Shown: piece by piece, positions 12,446 through 23,452 of the stretch
Position numbering within the stretch: the first letter of the stretch is position 1
How the letters are laid out: each line of letters opens with the position of its first letter
Origin: Waterburya sp.
Lineage (GTDB): Bacteria; Cyanobacteriota; Cyanobacteriia; Cyanobacteriales; Xenococcaceae
DNA: 64,000 nucleotides
Assembly: GCA_965217895.1 (NCBI GenBank)
Contig: CBDCJV010000002.1
Span: forward strand, 960,001-1,024,000
Reading direction: 5' to 3'
Notes under the pieces: generated by a model
Told to the model about the DNA's origin: nothing
Databases searched by the model: none
What the model saw: the letters and a program-made list of their open reading frames with translations, nothing else
Program-made: the position numbers and the translations under genes

Positions 12446-13888
12446 ATGGCTACAAAACGGATTTCTACTGGAATAGATGGCTTAAACGAAATTCTTGCAG
12501 GAGGTTTAATTACTCACCAAGCTTATTTAATTAAAGGTCAACCAGGTAGTGGCAAAACTACCTTAGGATTTCATTTTCTTGGTGCTGGTATTGCTCAAGG
12601 AGAAACATCATTATTTATTAGCTTTAGTGAACCAGAAGCTAGGCTGCGCGGTAACGCCCAAGAAATAGGAATATCCTTAGAGCAAGTGGAGTTTCTCGAT
12701 CTCAGTCCCACAGAAGACTATTTTGCTGAAGATCGAAGCTACGATATTTTTTCTCCTGCTGAAGTGGCAAAAGCACCCATAACCCAAAAGATTATTGATG
12801 CGGTTGAACGTATTAAGCCACAACGTATATTCTTAGATGCCATAACTCAATTTCGCTTTTTGACAGCAGATCCTTTCTCGTTTCGTAAACAGGTGCAGTC
12901 TTTTTTGCGCTTTATGTTGGAACGCAACATCACTCTTTTGTTTGCTTCGGAAGGGAGCGATCGCCATCCCGATGATGACCTACAGTTTATGAGTGACGGG
13001 GTAATTGAGCTACAGATGACCTCAGATAGGCGCACCATCAAAGTCAATAAATTTCGCGGTTCTGATTTTGCCAAAGGCACTCACGATCTGACTTTAAGCG
13101 ATCGCGGCATGGAAGTTTTTCCTCGTTTAGTTCCCGAAACTCTTCAGCGCGAGTTTCAACCAGAAGCTATTTCGGCTGGTATTCCCGAAATTGACGAACT
13201 GCTCCACGGCGGTATTGAACGAGGAACAGTTACCATTATTACTGGACCATCAGGAGTTGGTAAATCTAGCTTTGGAATGCAGTTTATGAAAGAAGCTGCG
13301 GGTAGGGGAGAGCGTTCTGTCGTTTATGCTTTTGAAGAGGGAACAGAAACTTTGTTCAGGCGTTGCGAAGCAATCAATATTCCCGTTCATGCCATGCTTA
13401 AGCGTGGAACTCTGGCGGTTACTTCCGTCGAGCCACTCCAGTATACGCCCAACCAATTCGTCCATTTAGTTCGCACCGAAGTAGAGCAAAACAATGCTCA
13501 AATAGTTATGATTGACAGCACATCTGGCTATAGACTCTCTATGCAGGGAGAAGATTTGGTGCGCCATTTACATTCTCTTTGTCAGTATCTTAAAAATATG
13601 GGCGTGACGGTTATTTTAATTAACGAAACCCATAGCATTGCAGGGGGAGAATTTAGCGTCACCGAGGGAGGACTTTCTTATTTAGCAGACAATTTGATTT
13701 TTCTGCGTTATCTAGAATTAGATGGTCAGTTACGTAAGGCGATCGGTGTATTAAAGAAAAGGGTTTCGGATTTTGAGCGGACTTTGAGAGAATTTAAAAT
13801 TACCAAATATGGCATTAAGGTAGGAGAACCTTTGACTCAGCTACGGGGAATTCTTAGCGGTGTACCAGAATGGATAGATAAACATTGA
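12446..13888 (+). CDS. KaiC/GvpD-like double RecA-domain ATPase
   Basis: Two Walker A motifs (GQPGSGKT, GPSGVGKS), STGIDGL, KFRGS, LSYLADN, KKRVSDFE. Confidence 0.9.
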   Translation: MATKRISTGIDGLNEILAGGLITHQAYLIKGQPGSGKTTLGFHFLGAGIAQGETSLFISFSEPEARLRGNAQEIGISLEQVEFLDLSPTEDYFAEDRSYDIFSPAEVAKAPITQKIIDAVERIKPQRIFLDAITQFRFLTADPFSFRKQVQSFLRFMLERNITLLFASEGSDRHPDDDLQFMSDGVIELQMTSDRRTIKVNKFRGSDFAKGTHDLTLSDRGMEVFPRLVPETLQREFQPEAISAGIPEIDELLHGGIERGTVTIITGPSGVGKSSFGMQFMKEAAGRGERSVVYAFEEGTETLFRRCEAINIPVHAMLKRGTLAVTSVEPLQYTPNQFVHLVRTEVEQNNAQIVMIDSTSGYRLSMQGEDLVRHLHSLCQYLKNMGVTVILINETHSIAGGEFSVTEGGLSYLADNLIFLRYLELDGQLRKAIGVLKKRVSDFERTLREFKITKYGIKVGEPLTQLRGILSGVPEWIDKH

Positions 13889-14023
13889 ACATTTAGCAAT
13901 TTTAAAGTTTGATACGTAAGTTTAATTGAGCGTTGTCCATAACAAGGTCGGCGGCGACGCGGAGAGACAGTTTTTGGATTATTACACTAAAAGAAAAAAT
14001 TCTTAAGTGCAGGCATTTTTCCA

Positions 14024-14320
14024 TCAAAATATTTTTAAGTTTTTATAGTGTTCAACTACAGGAAAAGGATCGTAGAAATGATGTAGTAATTCTTTCCAAT
14101 TTTGATATTTTTCAGACTGTCTAAAACCAACGGTATGATCTTCTAGAGTTTGCCAATTGACCAATAATAAATATTGGTTATCTACTTCTATACACTGCTG
14201 TAAATTATGATCGATATATCCTGGCATCGAAGCAATAATACTAGAAGCTTGGCTAAAAGCAGCCTCAAACTCTTGGTTCATGGCTGGTTTAATTTTTAGT
14301 ATGGCAACTTCTAAAATCAT
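14024..14320 (-). CDS. antibiotic biosynthesis monooxygenase (ABM) family protein
   Basis: MILEVA...W.TLEDHTVGFRQS..YQ.WK.LLHHFYDPFPVVEHY. Confidence 0.9.
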   Translation of the reverse strand: MILEVAILKIKPAMNQEFEAAFSQASSIIASMPGYIDHNLQQCIEVDNQYLLLVNWQTLEDHTVGFRQSEKYQNWKELLHHFYDPFPVVEHYKNLKIF

Positions 14321-14434
14321 GAGAATTAATCAAAAAATAATTTGCTAATTATTGTTGTTAGATGAATTGTTGAAATTGAATATTTAAATGAGTTTTGTAA
14401 AATGTGCCTTTAAACTCGCTAAAAAATAGAAGTT

Positions 14435-16354
14435 TCATCTAGAAGATTTAGAGACTTCTTTATTTGGGGGAATACCTTCAATATCAATTATTCCCTGAAT
14501 GACTGAACCGACTATAGGTGCTGCTACGGTAGAGCCAAAAGTATATTTACCGTGTGGTTCATCAACTACGGCTAGCACTGCGTAACGAGGTGCTTCCACA
14601 GGAAAGATACCAACAAAACTGGTGATTTTAGCAGTTGCGTCATAACCACCTTGATTAGTCGCTTTTTGGGATGTTCCCGTTTTGCCTGCAATCCTATAAC
14701 CAGGAATTTTAGCAGCATAACCACTTCCGTCTTCCACGACTTTTTCCATCATTTCTAAAACAGTGGTGGCAGTTTTAGGAGAAAATATTTGTTTGCTGTG
14801 GGGAGGCTGAGAATAATGTAAATAACCTTTATAATCCGACAAACCTCTAACCACATGGGGAGTAATTAGTTTACCTTTATTCCCCAATGCTGCATGAAGT
14901 TGAATTAGTTTAAGAGGAGTGACCGAAAAACCTTGACCAAAAGCTGCGGTAGCTGATTCAATTTCTCTGACGGTAAATTCTACTTCGTCCTTAAGTCTAC
15001 CCCTAGTATATCCAGGAATATCAAATTCCACTTCGTCTTCAATACCTATTTTTTGTAAATCTCGATAATAGTCCACAGGATTCATGTGTCGCATTACCCT
15101 GATCATCCCTACATTACTTGAGTGCTGGAGAATCTGTGTTAGAGTTATTTTGCCTCGTGCGCCTTCTGTGGCAAAATCGTGATTGCGTACTAAGGCATCC
15201 TGGATTTGAATCTCTCCCGTATCATTAAAAGTATCCTGGGGAGAAATCACCCCTGCATCTAAAGCCAAGGCTATATTAATCGGTTTAAAAGTTGAGCCTG
15301 GTTCATAAAGATCGGTAACTGCCCAATTTTTAAACAGTCCAAAATCGTTGTATTTATAATAAATATTAGGGTCGTAAGTGGGTTCGGAAACTAAAGCTGC
15401 GATCGCACCATCACGCACATCCATGACAATTACAGCACCTCGCTTTGCCTTATATTCCTCCATTTGTTTGGCTAAAGCATTACGAGCAATTTGTTGTAAA
15501 CGTAGATCGATAGTCAACTGTAAATTCAGATCGTCAAAGTTAAAAAGCTGTTGAGATTTTTTGAGATCGCCTGGATGAAAAATGGGTTTATTATTGTCAA
15601 AGCTGCGCTTCATTGTCCAGCTAATTGGCTTTCGTTCTAATAGCTTATTTTGGGTATATTCAACCCCAGCTTGGGGAGTACGGCTACTGTCTCGATTTAC
15701 ATATCCCGTGACTTCTGCTGCCATTTCTTTATGGGGATAAAAGCGAGTATAGTTTTGCCTGAGATCTAGACCATCAATTTGTAATGCTGCAATTTTTTCT
15801 TTGGCTGATTCTGGTAAATCTTCTGCCAAAAGTATTCCCCAATCCTGCTTACTAAAAATTGCTAGCAGTTCTTCAGGAGTTTTAGTCCCTAATATACCTG
15901 CTAACTCTTCAGCAATTTCTCTTGCAGGTACTGCTTGGGAGTTTTTTATAAATAAATGAGGATGAACATAAAGAGTATAGCTAATGCGATCTGTTGCCAA
16001 AACATTTTGTTGACGATCTACAATCTGGCGACGAGGAATATAAAATTGTAACTTTGTGGTTTGTTGATCTATCGCTATTTGAGTTAGTTTTTTTCCTTGA
16101 GGTGCTTGCTCGTAGACTATTACAGGGTTGACTATCTGTAAATAATATAGTCTGGTGGTCAACCCTAGCGCGCCAATAACTAATATTCCCCAAACTATGA
16201 ATAAGCGCAGCATGGCCTGATTAGACTGACTTGCTTGCTTGAGGTTTGTATTTTGGTGACGGCGTTTAGAGCTTGAATAGTTAGATTTAGCTTTAGTCTG
16301 GACTGCAAGGCTTTTGGCTGATTTTAGGGGAATTTTAAACTTAGATTTGGTCAT
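14435..16354 (-). CDS. ftsI: class B penicillin-binding protein (FtsI-like)
   Basis: N-terminal TM; EPGSTFK (SxxK), SSN (SxN), GKTGT (KTG). Confidence 0.9.
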   Translation of the reverse strand: MTKSKFKIPLKSAKSLAVQTKAKSNYSSSKRRHQNTNLKQASQSNQAMLRLFIVWGILVIGALGLTTRLYYLQIVNPVIVYEQAPQGKKLTQIAIDQQTTKLQFYIPRRQIVDRQQNVLATDRISYTLYVHPHLFIKNSQAVPAREIAEELAGILGTKTPEELLAIFSKQDWGILLAEDLPESAKEKIAALQIDGLDLRQNYTRFYPHKEMAAEVTGYVNRDSSRTPQAGVEYTQNKLLERKPISWTMKRSFDNNKPIFHPGDLKKSQQLFNFDDLNLQLTIDLRLQQIARNALAKQMEEYKAKRGAVIVMDVRDGAIAALVSEPTYDPNIYYKYNDFGLFKNWAVTDLYEPGSTFKPINIALALDAGVISPQDTFNDTGEIQIQDALVRNHDFATEGARGKITLTQILQHSSNVGMIRVMRHMNPVDYYRDLQKIGIEDEVEFDIPGYTRGRLKDEVEFTVREIESATAAFGQGFSVTPLKLIQLHAALGNKGKLITPHVVRGLSDYKGYLHYSQPPHSKQIFSPKTATTVLEMMEKVVEDGSGYAAKIPGYRIAGKTGTSQKATNQGGYDATAKITSFVGIFPVEAPRYAVLAVVDEPHGKYTFGSTVAAPIVGSVIQGIIDIEGIPPNKEVSKSSR

Positions 16355-16422
16355 AATTAACCCATAAGCTATCTAGTATTGATCTATCTTTAACAATTAA
16401 TCAGCAATCATTTAAAAATAGT

Positions 16423-16938
16423 TTAATATCCCCAGCTATTAAGCTTTAAATTAGCTATCTTAGCTCGATCAACGTTAGTTTGAGAGGCAGTTTTAGCTTG
16501 AACTTTAGCTGGTTTGATAAATAAGGCTGACGCTGGTGTTGAGATAGCAAGCTGTTTGTTCTGACCAGCCTCTTTAGCAATTTGATATTTAATAGTTTCG
16601 TTAATTGATACTAATTGGCGTTCTTGAAGCTGTAGGTTTTCCAGGTTTTGATATTCTTGACTCCAAAGCTTGGGAATTTGTACAGTAGACATATAAAGAC
16701 CAATGCTTGCCGTCATAGAAACTAAAGCTAAACCAAAAGATCCTTTTTGTAGAAGAGATAAAGCTTTAAGGTTCTTTGGCAGAACATTTGACTGGGAAAA
16801 ATGACGAGATTTGAGTACTTTTGCGCGTTCAACTTGAGGTTGCTTAACTACCTCTTGGTATTGGTAATTATTATTTTTTGGCTGTAGTTCTGGAGAATAA
16901 TATTCAGCGACAAAATCAGGTTGGCGAAGAGCAGACAT
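16423..16938 (-). CDS. single-TM coiled-coil protein upstream of ftsI (FtsL-like)
   Basis: One TM followed by a coiled coil (WSQEYQNLENLQLQERQL); sits directly upstream of ftsI. Confidence 0.6.
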   Translation of the reverse strand: MSALRQPDFVAEYYSPELQPKNNNYQYQEVVKQPQVERAKVLKSRHFSQSNVLPKNLKALSLLQKGSFGLALVSMTASIGLYMSTVQIPKLWSQEYQNLENLQLQERQLVSINETIKYQIAKEAGQNKQLAISTPASALFIKPAKVQAKTASQTNVDRAKIANLKLNSWGY

Positions 16939-17227
16939 TTAGTAATCTCCGTATTTGTTAAGAGGAATCTGTTGGGCGAAATTCTAACCTATTTTTGACA
17001 AGATGATAAGAGAACAAACAAAAAGTAATACTTGAACTAAACCACATCTAGTTTGAAACCCTTAATTTTCAATTATCTGTTTGAGAGAGGCAGCCTCAAA
17101 TTAATACTAAAAGTTAGCATTAAGCATTTATTTTTGAATGTTCAATGTTTAATCATTGGTTATTGCTAAGATGATCGTTGATGATGTAATTCTCAATTGT
17201 GACTAGAGAGACTGAAGATAAAACCCT

Positions 17228-18196
17228 GTGGAAATAACTTTTTTAGGTACAAGTTCTGGAGTACCAACGCGATCGCGCAATGTCTCAAGTGTAGCCCTAC
17301 GTCTTCCTCAACGGGGAGAGGTGTGGCTGTTTGACTGTGGTGAAGGCACACAGCATCAGCTTCAGCGTAGTGAGATCAAAAGCTCGCAAATTCGACGCAT
17401 TTTCGTGACCCATATGCACGGCGATCATACTTTTGGCTTAATGGGTCTGATTGCTAGCTGTGGTTTGGCAGGTACTGGTCAACCGATTGATATTTATGGG
17501 CCAGAAGGGTTGAGAGAATATCTTCAGGCTGCTGCCAAATACTCCTATATGAACTTTGGTTCTCGTCTTAAGATTCACACCGTCAAGACAGGCTTACTCT
17601 ACGAAGACGATCAATTTAGCGTTAGCTGTAGGTTATTAAAACATCGCATACCTGCCCACGGCTATCGAATTGCCGAAAAAAATCGCCCAGGGACGTTTAA
17701 TCTTGAAAAAGCAAAATCTTTGGGAATTCCCCCTGGACCAATTTATGGCAAGCTCAAACAGGGAGAAGTTGTGACTTTGGATGATGGTCGTAAAATCAAC
17801 GGCAAAGATCTTTGCGGACAGCCAGAAACAGGACGCAAAGTGGTTTACTGCACCGATACAGTATTTTGTGATGCAGCAGTAGAACTAGCCAAAGATGCCG
17901 ATGTTTTGATTCATGAGGCGACATTTGCTCACCAGGATGCAGATATGGCATTTGAAAAAATGCACTCTACAACGACAATGGCAGCGCAGGTAGCTTTGTT
18001 AGCTGGAGTCAAGCAATTGATTATGACTCATTTTAGCCCTCGTTATGCCCCTGGAAATCCAATTCAGCTAAATGATCTAAAACAAGAAGCCAGAGCTATT
18101 TTTCCGCAGACAAAACTAGCTTATGACTTTTATTCCTACGAGGTGCCAAGACGTAGAGAAGCGAAACTAAAAGAGACAGTAGCGGGTAAGAGGTAA
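17228..18196 (+). CDS. rnz: ribonuclease Z
   Basis: FLGTSSGVPT, FDCGEGTQ, THMHGDH, HEATF, THFSPRY. Confidence 0.97.
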   Translation: MEITFLGTSSGVPTRSRNVSSVALRLPQRGEVWLFDCGEGTQHQLQRSEIKSSQIRRIFVTHMHGDHTFGLMGLIASCGLAGTGQPIDIYGPEGLREYLQAAAKYSYMNFGSRLKIHTVKTGLLYEDDQFSVSCRLLKHRIPAHGYRIAEKNRPGTFNLEKAKSLGIPPGPIYGKLKQGEVVTLDDGRKINGKDLCGQPETGRKVVYCTDTVFCDAAVELAKDADVLIHEATFAHQDADMAFEKMHSTTTMAAQVALLAGVKQLIMTHFSPRYAPGNPIQLNDLKQEARAIFPQTKLAYDFYSYEVPRRREAKLKETVAGKR

Positions 18197-18404
18197 TTGC
18201 CATTCGTGGCAAGTTGAAAGACTACGATGTTTGTAAATCGGCTATAAGCTCTTAGCTCTGAGCAGACGCTCCAGAACGCGCTATTAGCTTTTTAAGACCT
18301 TTCTGTAGTGGTTGATTGACACTGCTTTTTCTTAACTTGCCATCAATGGATAAGAGATAATTGCTCATTGTTATTATTCTTTTTCCGTTATTGTGCTTTG
18401 GCAC

Positions 18405-19148
18405 TTAAAACAATGAACGCCAGAAAAACCTGGGTAAAAGTAGCATCCGTCGCCAACGCCAAGGCTCTTTATAAAGTCGATAAGACCATTCTAAATTATT
18501 ATTTTTCAACCACTCTGGCGCACGGGATTTGTTTCCAGCCCAAATATCAAAGCTACCACCAACTCCTATCCAAATAGACTGGGGACACAAATCGCGATTA
18601 TCTCTAATCCAAAATTCTTGTCGTGGTACGCCAATGGCAACAAAAATGACTTTAGGCTGTTGAGCTTTAAGGGTTTGCTTCCATTTCTCTTCTTCCTGTC
18701 CACAAATATATCCATGTTGCGTCATAATTTGCAGCTTTGGCAGCTTCTGTTGCCAAGCTACAGCAGCTTGCTTGGCAGTTCCAGGCGCACCACCAAAAAA
18801 GCAGATAACTGGAGGCTCAACAGACTGTCCAATTTCTCTAATTACCGATTCTGCTAGCTCGATGCCAGGACAACGCTGATATTTAATGCCTCGCAGACGC
18901 ATATAGACAATAATGCCTGCTCCATCGGGAATCACTAGCTCTGCTGCTTTGATCGTTTGACCTAAAACACGATCTTCTTTTGCCATCATGCTCATTTCAG
19001 CGTTTAAAGTCACAACATGAGTGCTAATTCCCCGATCTAGTCTAGCCAATAGCCATTTTGTATAGTTATCAATTAAATGAATATGCAGGTCGAAAACGGG
19101 AAAAGTTGTTGGCGAATATAAGTCATTGTTACTATTTGTAGGCAACAT
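18405..19148 (-). CDS. WecB/TagA/CpsF family glycosyltransferase
   Basis: VTLNAE, IPDGAG, GVPRQE, GVGGSFD, RAP.W...LEW.YRL..EPWRWRR. Confidence 0.93.
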   Translation of the reverse strand: MLPTNSNNDLYSPTTFPVFDLHIHLIDNYTKWLLARLDRGISTHVVTLNAEMSMMAKEDRVLGQTIKAAELVIPDGAGIIVYMRLRGIKYQRCPGIELAESVIREIGQSVEPPVICFFGGAPGTAKQAAVAWQQKLPKLQIMTQHGYICGQEEEKWKQTLKAQQPKVIFVAIGVPRQEFWIRDNRDLCPQSIWIGVGGSFDIWAGNKSRAPEWLKNNNLEWSYRLYKEPWRWRRMLLLPRFFWRSLF

Positions 19149-19318
19149 ATTTGTTTACTCAGCCTGCAAAGAAAAAATTATCAAAATAATATAGCTCTAG
19201 CCCTTAAGACATAACTAAATAGATATCTTAACAACAGTTAAAGCAGTTCAATCAGTAAAGACGATTATTCGTAGCGGATGGTATGCGCACTTTCCAACTA
19301 TCCTAAGTGTTGCTTAAC

Positions 19319-19645
19319 CTACCCCAGCTTTACTGCTGTTCCTGTAGCGGTAATTAAAAGCAAAACTCCTTTATCGTCAACGCTAATTGTACCTGTATCG
19401 ATTTCAATACCGATTACCGCATCGGCATTTAGTTTTTGGGCGCGCTGCTTTAATTCCTCAATTGCTTTTTGTTGACCTTTTTCAAATACTCTTTCGTAGC
19501 TTCCTGTGCGTCCGCCAATAGTATCCCTAATGCCTGCAAAAAAGTCTCGCAAAACATTAGTACCATAAACGACTTCAGCGGTGACAATGCCGAGATATGT
19601 GGCGATAGGTTGATTTTGTAAAGTATCAGTAGTAGAAACTAACAT
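19319..19645 (-). CDS. YbjQ (UPF0145) family protein
   Basis: DFFAGIRD.IGGRTGSYE, ADAVIGI, ATGTAVK. Confidence 0.93.
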   Translation of the reverse strand: MLVSTTDTLQNQPIATYLGIVTAEVVYGTNVLRDFFAGIRDTIGGRTGSYERVFEKGQQKAIEELKQRAQKLNADAVIGIEIDTGTISVDDKGVLLLITATGTAVKLG

Positions 19646-19773
19646 TTAGATGAAGATAATAATAATTTAGACTTTGAGTATATTACTAAACTTACTTAAT
19701 TACTAATATATAGCTAGGCAATTAGCAACCCTAGCCTTGGTGTCGCCTAGGGAAGCAAATTAATTAAATAACT

Positions 19774-20805
19774 ATGAAGAGTAGTATTGATAGATTTCAA
19801 GGAACTTATCTTGGTGGCATTGTCGGCGCAGCGATCGCTTCTCCGACAGGGGACAGCGATCGCTTTAAAATAGTTAATTATCAGGGGCAACATTGGCTTA
19901 CTGCCAGGAATGCTTTAGCAGAAACCATAATTGAAGTCCCTAGATTGGAGATCGATGATTTAATTGCTCAATTAGATCGGTTGCTGGAGAATGATAATCC
20001 AGATTGTTTTGGGCAAGCTTTTATCAAAGACAATCAGAACAATAGCTTGAGGCAGAAATCTCTGTCTGAAGCTATTATTCCCAAAAATCAAAAATCAACA
20101 TTATTAAAATGCCACAGTAATATCCTGGTACTGTTACCTTTAATTATATTTTTAAGCGATAATCAAGACCTATTTAAGAAAGTAATTACTCAATGTAATT
20201 TAAATCAAGAAAGTAAGGAAGACATATTAATATGGAGCTACTTATTAAATTTAAATAACAAGTTTGAACTACAGAATAAAAATCTTAGTCAAATAATAAA
20301 ACGAGTATTAACTGATGTACAGTTAAAAACAACTAATTTAACTGAAAAGTTAGAGCTAGTAATTAGGGTGTGGGAGAGTGGTTTAAGCCTGCACGAATTG
20401 ACAGATCAATTGTTGACCTTGGGTAATTCAAAGCAGATAGCAATTGCTTTATCTTGTTATTGTTTTGCTAGTACACCTCAAGATTTTAAGCTCTCTGTCA
20501 AACGTGCTGCAAGTCTTAATCAGAACATAGTTTGGTTGGCAACTTCGCTTACAGGTACTTTATCTGGAGCATATAATGGTGTGACAGGTATACCTTGGAG
20601 TTGGAGAGCGATCGCTGATACAAATCAGACTCATCAACAAGCACAGCATACAGCAATGAATTTGTACAAGACTTGGCTAGGAATATATTCACCCAAAACT
20701 AGTCAAGCTTTATATAATCATGAACTTGATGCCGTTGCCTCGACCAATATAATTCAACCACGTCAATCTTTAAAAATTATTTCTCAAAAATCATATTTAG
20801 GTTAA
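19774..20805 (+). CDS. ADP-ribosylglycohydrolase-like protein (divergent)
   Basis: DRFQG..LG..VG N-terminus and TGTLSGAYNG..GIP..W C-terminal motif; the usual acidic metal-binding motifs are not evident. Confidence 0.65.
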   Translation: MKSSIDRFQGTYLGGIVGAAIASPTGDSDRFKIVNYQGQHWLTARNALAETIIEVPRLEIDDLIAQLDRLLENDNPDCFGQAFIKDNQNNSLRQKSLSEAIIPKNQKSTLLKCHSNILVLLPLIIFLSDNQDLFKKVITQCNLNQESKEDILIWSYLLNLNNKFELQNKNLSQIIKRVLTDVQLKTTNLTEKLELVIRVWESGLSLHELTDQLLTLGNSKQIAIALSCYCFASTPQDFKLSVKRAASLNQNIVWLATSLTGTLSGAYNGVTGIPWSWRAIADTNQTHQQAQHTAMNLYKTWLGIYSPKTSQALYNHELDAVASTNIIQPRQSLKIISQKSYLG

Positions 20806-20896
20806 ATAAATTTTTGAAGCTGCTTTTGCCAAAGTTACTGTATGGATTGACCATAATGCAACTAGCATTGGCAAGAGCTTATATGAATCTTCACCT

Positions 20897-23359
20897 ATGA
20901 TGAAAAGCTGGCAATCAATAATTCAAAAATTTGCGGGATGGCGATACAAGTATCTACATCATAGTGACTTTTGGGGGAAAAGTAACTCCAAAAGACAAAA
21001 ACTCAAATTATCTCATAATCATAGTTTTAGTTATCAGCGCAAAAATAGAACAATAAAATCAAGAGATTTGTTGGTAATGTTGGCTTTGAGCATCATAGCT
21101 CTAACTAGTGTTGTTGGTTATCGCTTTTATAATCAGCCACAATTAACCGTGGGCAAAATCTCACCTTTAACGATCAAAGCTCCTTTTTCGGCAGAGTTTG
21201 AAGACACAAAGACTACCTTAGAAAAACGCCAAGAAGTTCAAACAGGTATCATCCCTATCCTCAAGCAAAATCAAGAATCAACCGCAGAAATTAAAAGTAA
21301 GCTTGGGGAATATTTAGTCAGTATCGATGAGCTGAGAAAATTAACCGAACCCTTTCCCTTCTTTAACTCTGAAGCCTTATCCTTAGCAAGCCAAAAATAC
21401 ATCCGTTTTTGCGATGAATCTGAGTTTAAAGCAGTCTTAGCTTCGGTTGCTCAAAATTTTCGCCAAAAAGCAACTAACGGTGAAACAAACTTATCTTTAG
21501 AAAAAAGACCAGATTTTAATGTTGGGCTACAAAAAGTTGCCTCAGAGCTACAGGCATATCGAGAGAAGAGATCGGAAACAGAATTTAATACGTTAATAGC
21601 CCAAATAACTTTAACTCGCTATCGATATTCCCAGGCTTGGAAAAAGCTAGAGCAGAAAAATAATATTCAATTAGACAAAAAGGATCTAGTAGTACTGCTT
21701 GATTTGACCGAGAAGGACTGGCAGGCGACAAAAAATACAGTTTCTCTAGCCGTCAATCGTATATTGATTCAGGGAATATCTTCGGGAATGCCCACTAATT
21801 TATTAGAACAGACTGTCATAGAGCAAATTAATCCAGATATACCCAAGGCAACAGAAAATATAGCCAGTAATCTGCTGCTAGAAATTCTCAAACCTAATCT
21901 AGAAGAAGATAAAGATGCTACGAGAAATATTGCCGAAAAAGCAGCGATGGCGATTGATTCAGTAGTAGTGAAGGCAGAGCAAGGTGATGTCATTGTTGAA
22001 GAAGGAGCAAGAATTACTCAAGCAGATTTTGTCTTGCTAGATGGTTTCAAACTAAGCCAAAGAAGCATTAACTGGTCAGGACTGAGATTATCGGCAATTT
22101 TTGTCAGCTTTATGGTTGGTTTATTTTTACTGATCCAAAGAAAAATTTTCACCTCTATTCGTCATCGAGATTATTTATTACTCTGTTTATTAAGTTTGAG
22201 CGCACCATTATTAAGCGTGTTTAACGTACCTTATACTAGTTTGCCAGCTATAGGTCTTTTGGTTAGCAGCTTTTATGCTCCTAGTTTGGCTATCTGGGAG
22301 GTAATTCTGGTGACAGGATTGGTTATGTTTAGTAATCAAAACTTAGGCTCTCCCTACCTACTAGCAGGATGTTGTGGGGGACTAGTTGCAGCTATCTTTG
22401 CGGGAAGATTGCGATCGCGCGAAGGTATAGCTAGATTAGGTATTATGGTGGGTCTGACTCAAGCAGCAGTTTATCTAATTGCTAATTTAATTTTGAGTGC
22501 TAGTCCATCTTCAATCTGGTCAGCAATTTTACCCGATGCCTCAATTTGTGGTCTGTTTGGAGTTGCCTGGAGCGTAGTGGCTATTGGCATATCACCTTAT
22601 CTAGAGAGATTTTTTGACCTTGTTACCCCCATTCGTTTGGCAGAGCTATCTAATCCCAATCTGCCGTTGCTAAAACGCCTGGCAACCGAAGCTCCAGGAA
22701 CATTTCAACATACAATGTTTGTGTCTTCTTTAGCCGAGGCTGCTGCTAGAGAACTTAACTGCAATGTCGAGCTAATTAGAGCAGGAACTCTTTATCACGA
22801 TATAGGTAAGATGCACGATCCGATGGGCTTTATTGAAAATCAGATGGGCGAGCCTAACAAACACGATGAGATTGATGACCCCTGGGTAAGTGCCAAAATA
22901 ATTAAAAAGCACGTCAGCGAAGGAATAGTAATGGCTCGCAAATACGGTTTGCCTAAGGCAATTCGCGATTTTATCCCCGAACACCAAGGAACTTTACTAA
23001 TTGCCTATTTTTACTATCAGGCAAAACAAAAGGCAGAAGCCGAAGGAACAACCGTATTAGAGTCAGATTTTCGTTATATAGGTCCAATTCCACAGTCAAG
23101 AGAAGCAGGGATTATGATGTTAGCCGACGGTTGCGAGGCTGCATTGCGATCGCTAAAAGATGTAACTCATAAACAGGCTTTATCCACAGTGCAGAAAATT
23201 TTAAAATCTCGCTGGCTAGATAGTCAATTGCTTGACAGTGGACTAAGTTATGATGAATTGCCAAGAATTGCTGAAGTTTTTATTCGCGTTTGGCAACAGT
23301 CTAATCATAAGCGCATTGTCTATCCTCAAGGAGCTTTGGATTTTAAATCTCAGAAATAA
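20897..23359 (+). CDS. 7TM-HD (HDIG) family phosphohydrolase, PgpH-like
   Basis: Extracellular domain plus TM helices, then APGTFQH, YHDIGK, FIENQ, EHQGT, MLADGCEAA. Confidence 0.92.
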   Translation: MMKSWQSIIQKFAGWRYKYLHHSDFWGKSNSKRQKLKLSHNHSFSYQRKNRTIKSRDLLVMLALSIIALTSVVGYRFYNQPQLTVGKISPLTIKAPFSAEFEDTKTTLEKRQEVQTGIIPILKQNQESTAEIKSKLGEYLVSIDELRKLTEPFPFFNSEALSLASQKYIRFCDESEFKAVLASVAQNFRQKATNGETNLSLEKRPDFNVGLQKVASELQAYREKRSETEFNTLIAQITLTRYRYSQAWKKLEQKNNIQLDKKDLVVLLDLTEKDWQATKNTVSLAVNRILIQGISSGMPTNLLEQTVIEQINPDIPKATENIASNLLLEILKPNLEEDKDATRNIAEKAAMAIDSVVVKAEQGDVIVEEGARITQADFVLLDGFKLSQRSINWSGLRLSAIFVSFMVGLFLLIQRKIFTSIRHRDYLLLCLLSLSAPLLSVFNVPYTSLPAIGLLVSSFYAPSLAIWEVILVTGLVMFSNQNLGSPYLLAGCCGGLVAAIFAGRLRSREGIARLGIMVGLTQAAVYLIANLILSASPSSIWSAILPDASICGLFGVAWSVVAIGISPYLERFFDLVTPIRLAELSNPNLPLLKRLATEAPGTFQHTMFVSSLAEAAARELNCNVELIRAGTLYHDIGKMHDPMGFIENQMGEPNKHDEIDDPWVSAKIIKKHVSEGIVMARKYGLPKAIRDFIPEHQGTLLIAYFYYQAKQKAEAEGTTVLESDFRYIGPIPQSREAGIMMLADGCEAALRSLKDVTHKQALSTVQKILKSRWLDSQLLDSGLSYDELPRIAEVFIRVWQQSNHKRIVYPQGALDFKSQK

Positions 23360-23452
23360 ATGATCCAATAGCTCTAAGCTTTAGGCTATAAGCTATCAGC
23401 TTGGATTTGAAAGCTCAAGACTAAAGGCACTTAGGCTTTAAACAGTTATATT

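Noticed and set aside
12446..13888. Circadian kaiC
   Set aside because: Lacks the ST phosphosite pair, the C-terminal KaiA-binding tail and kaiA/kaiB neighbours.
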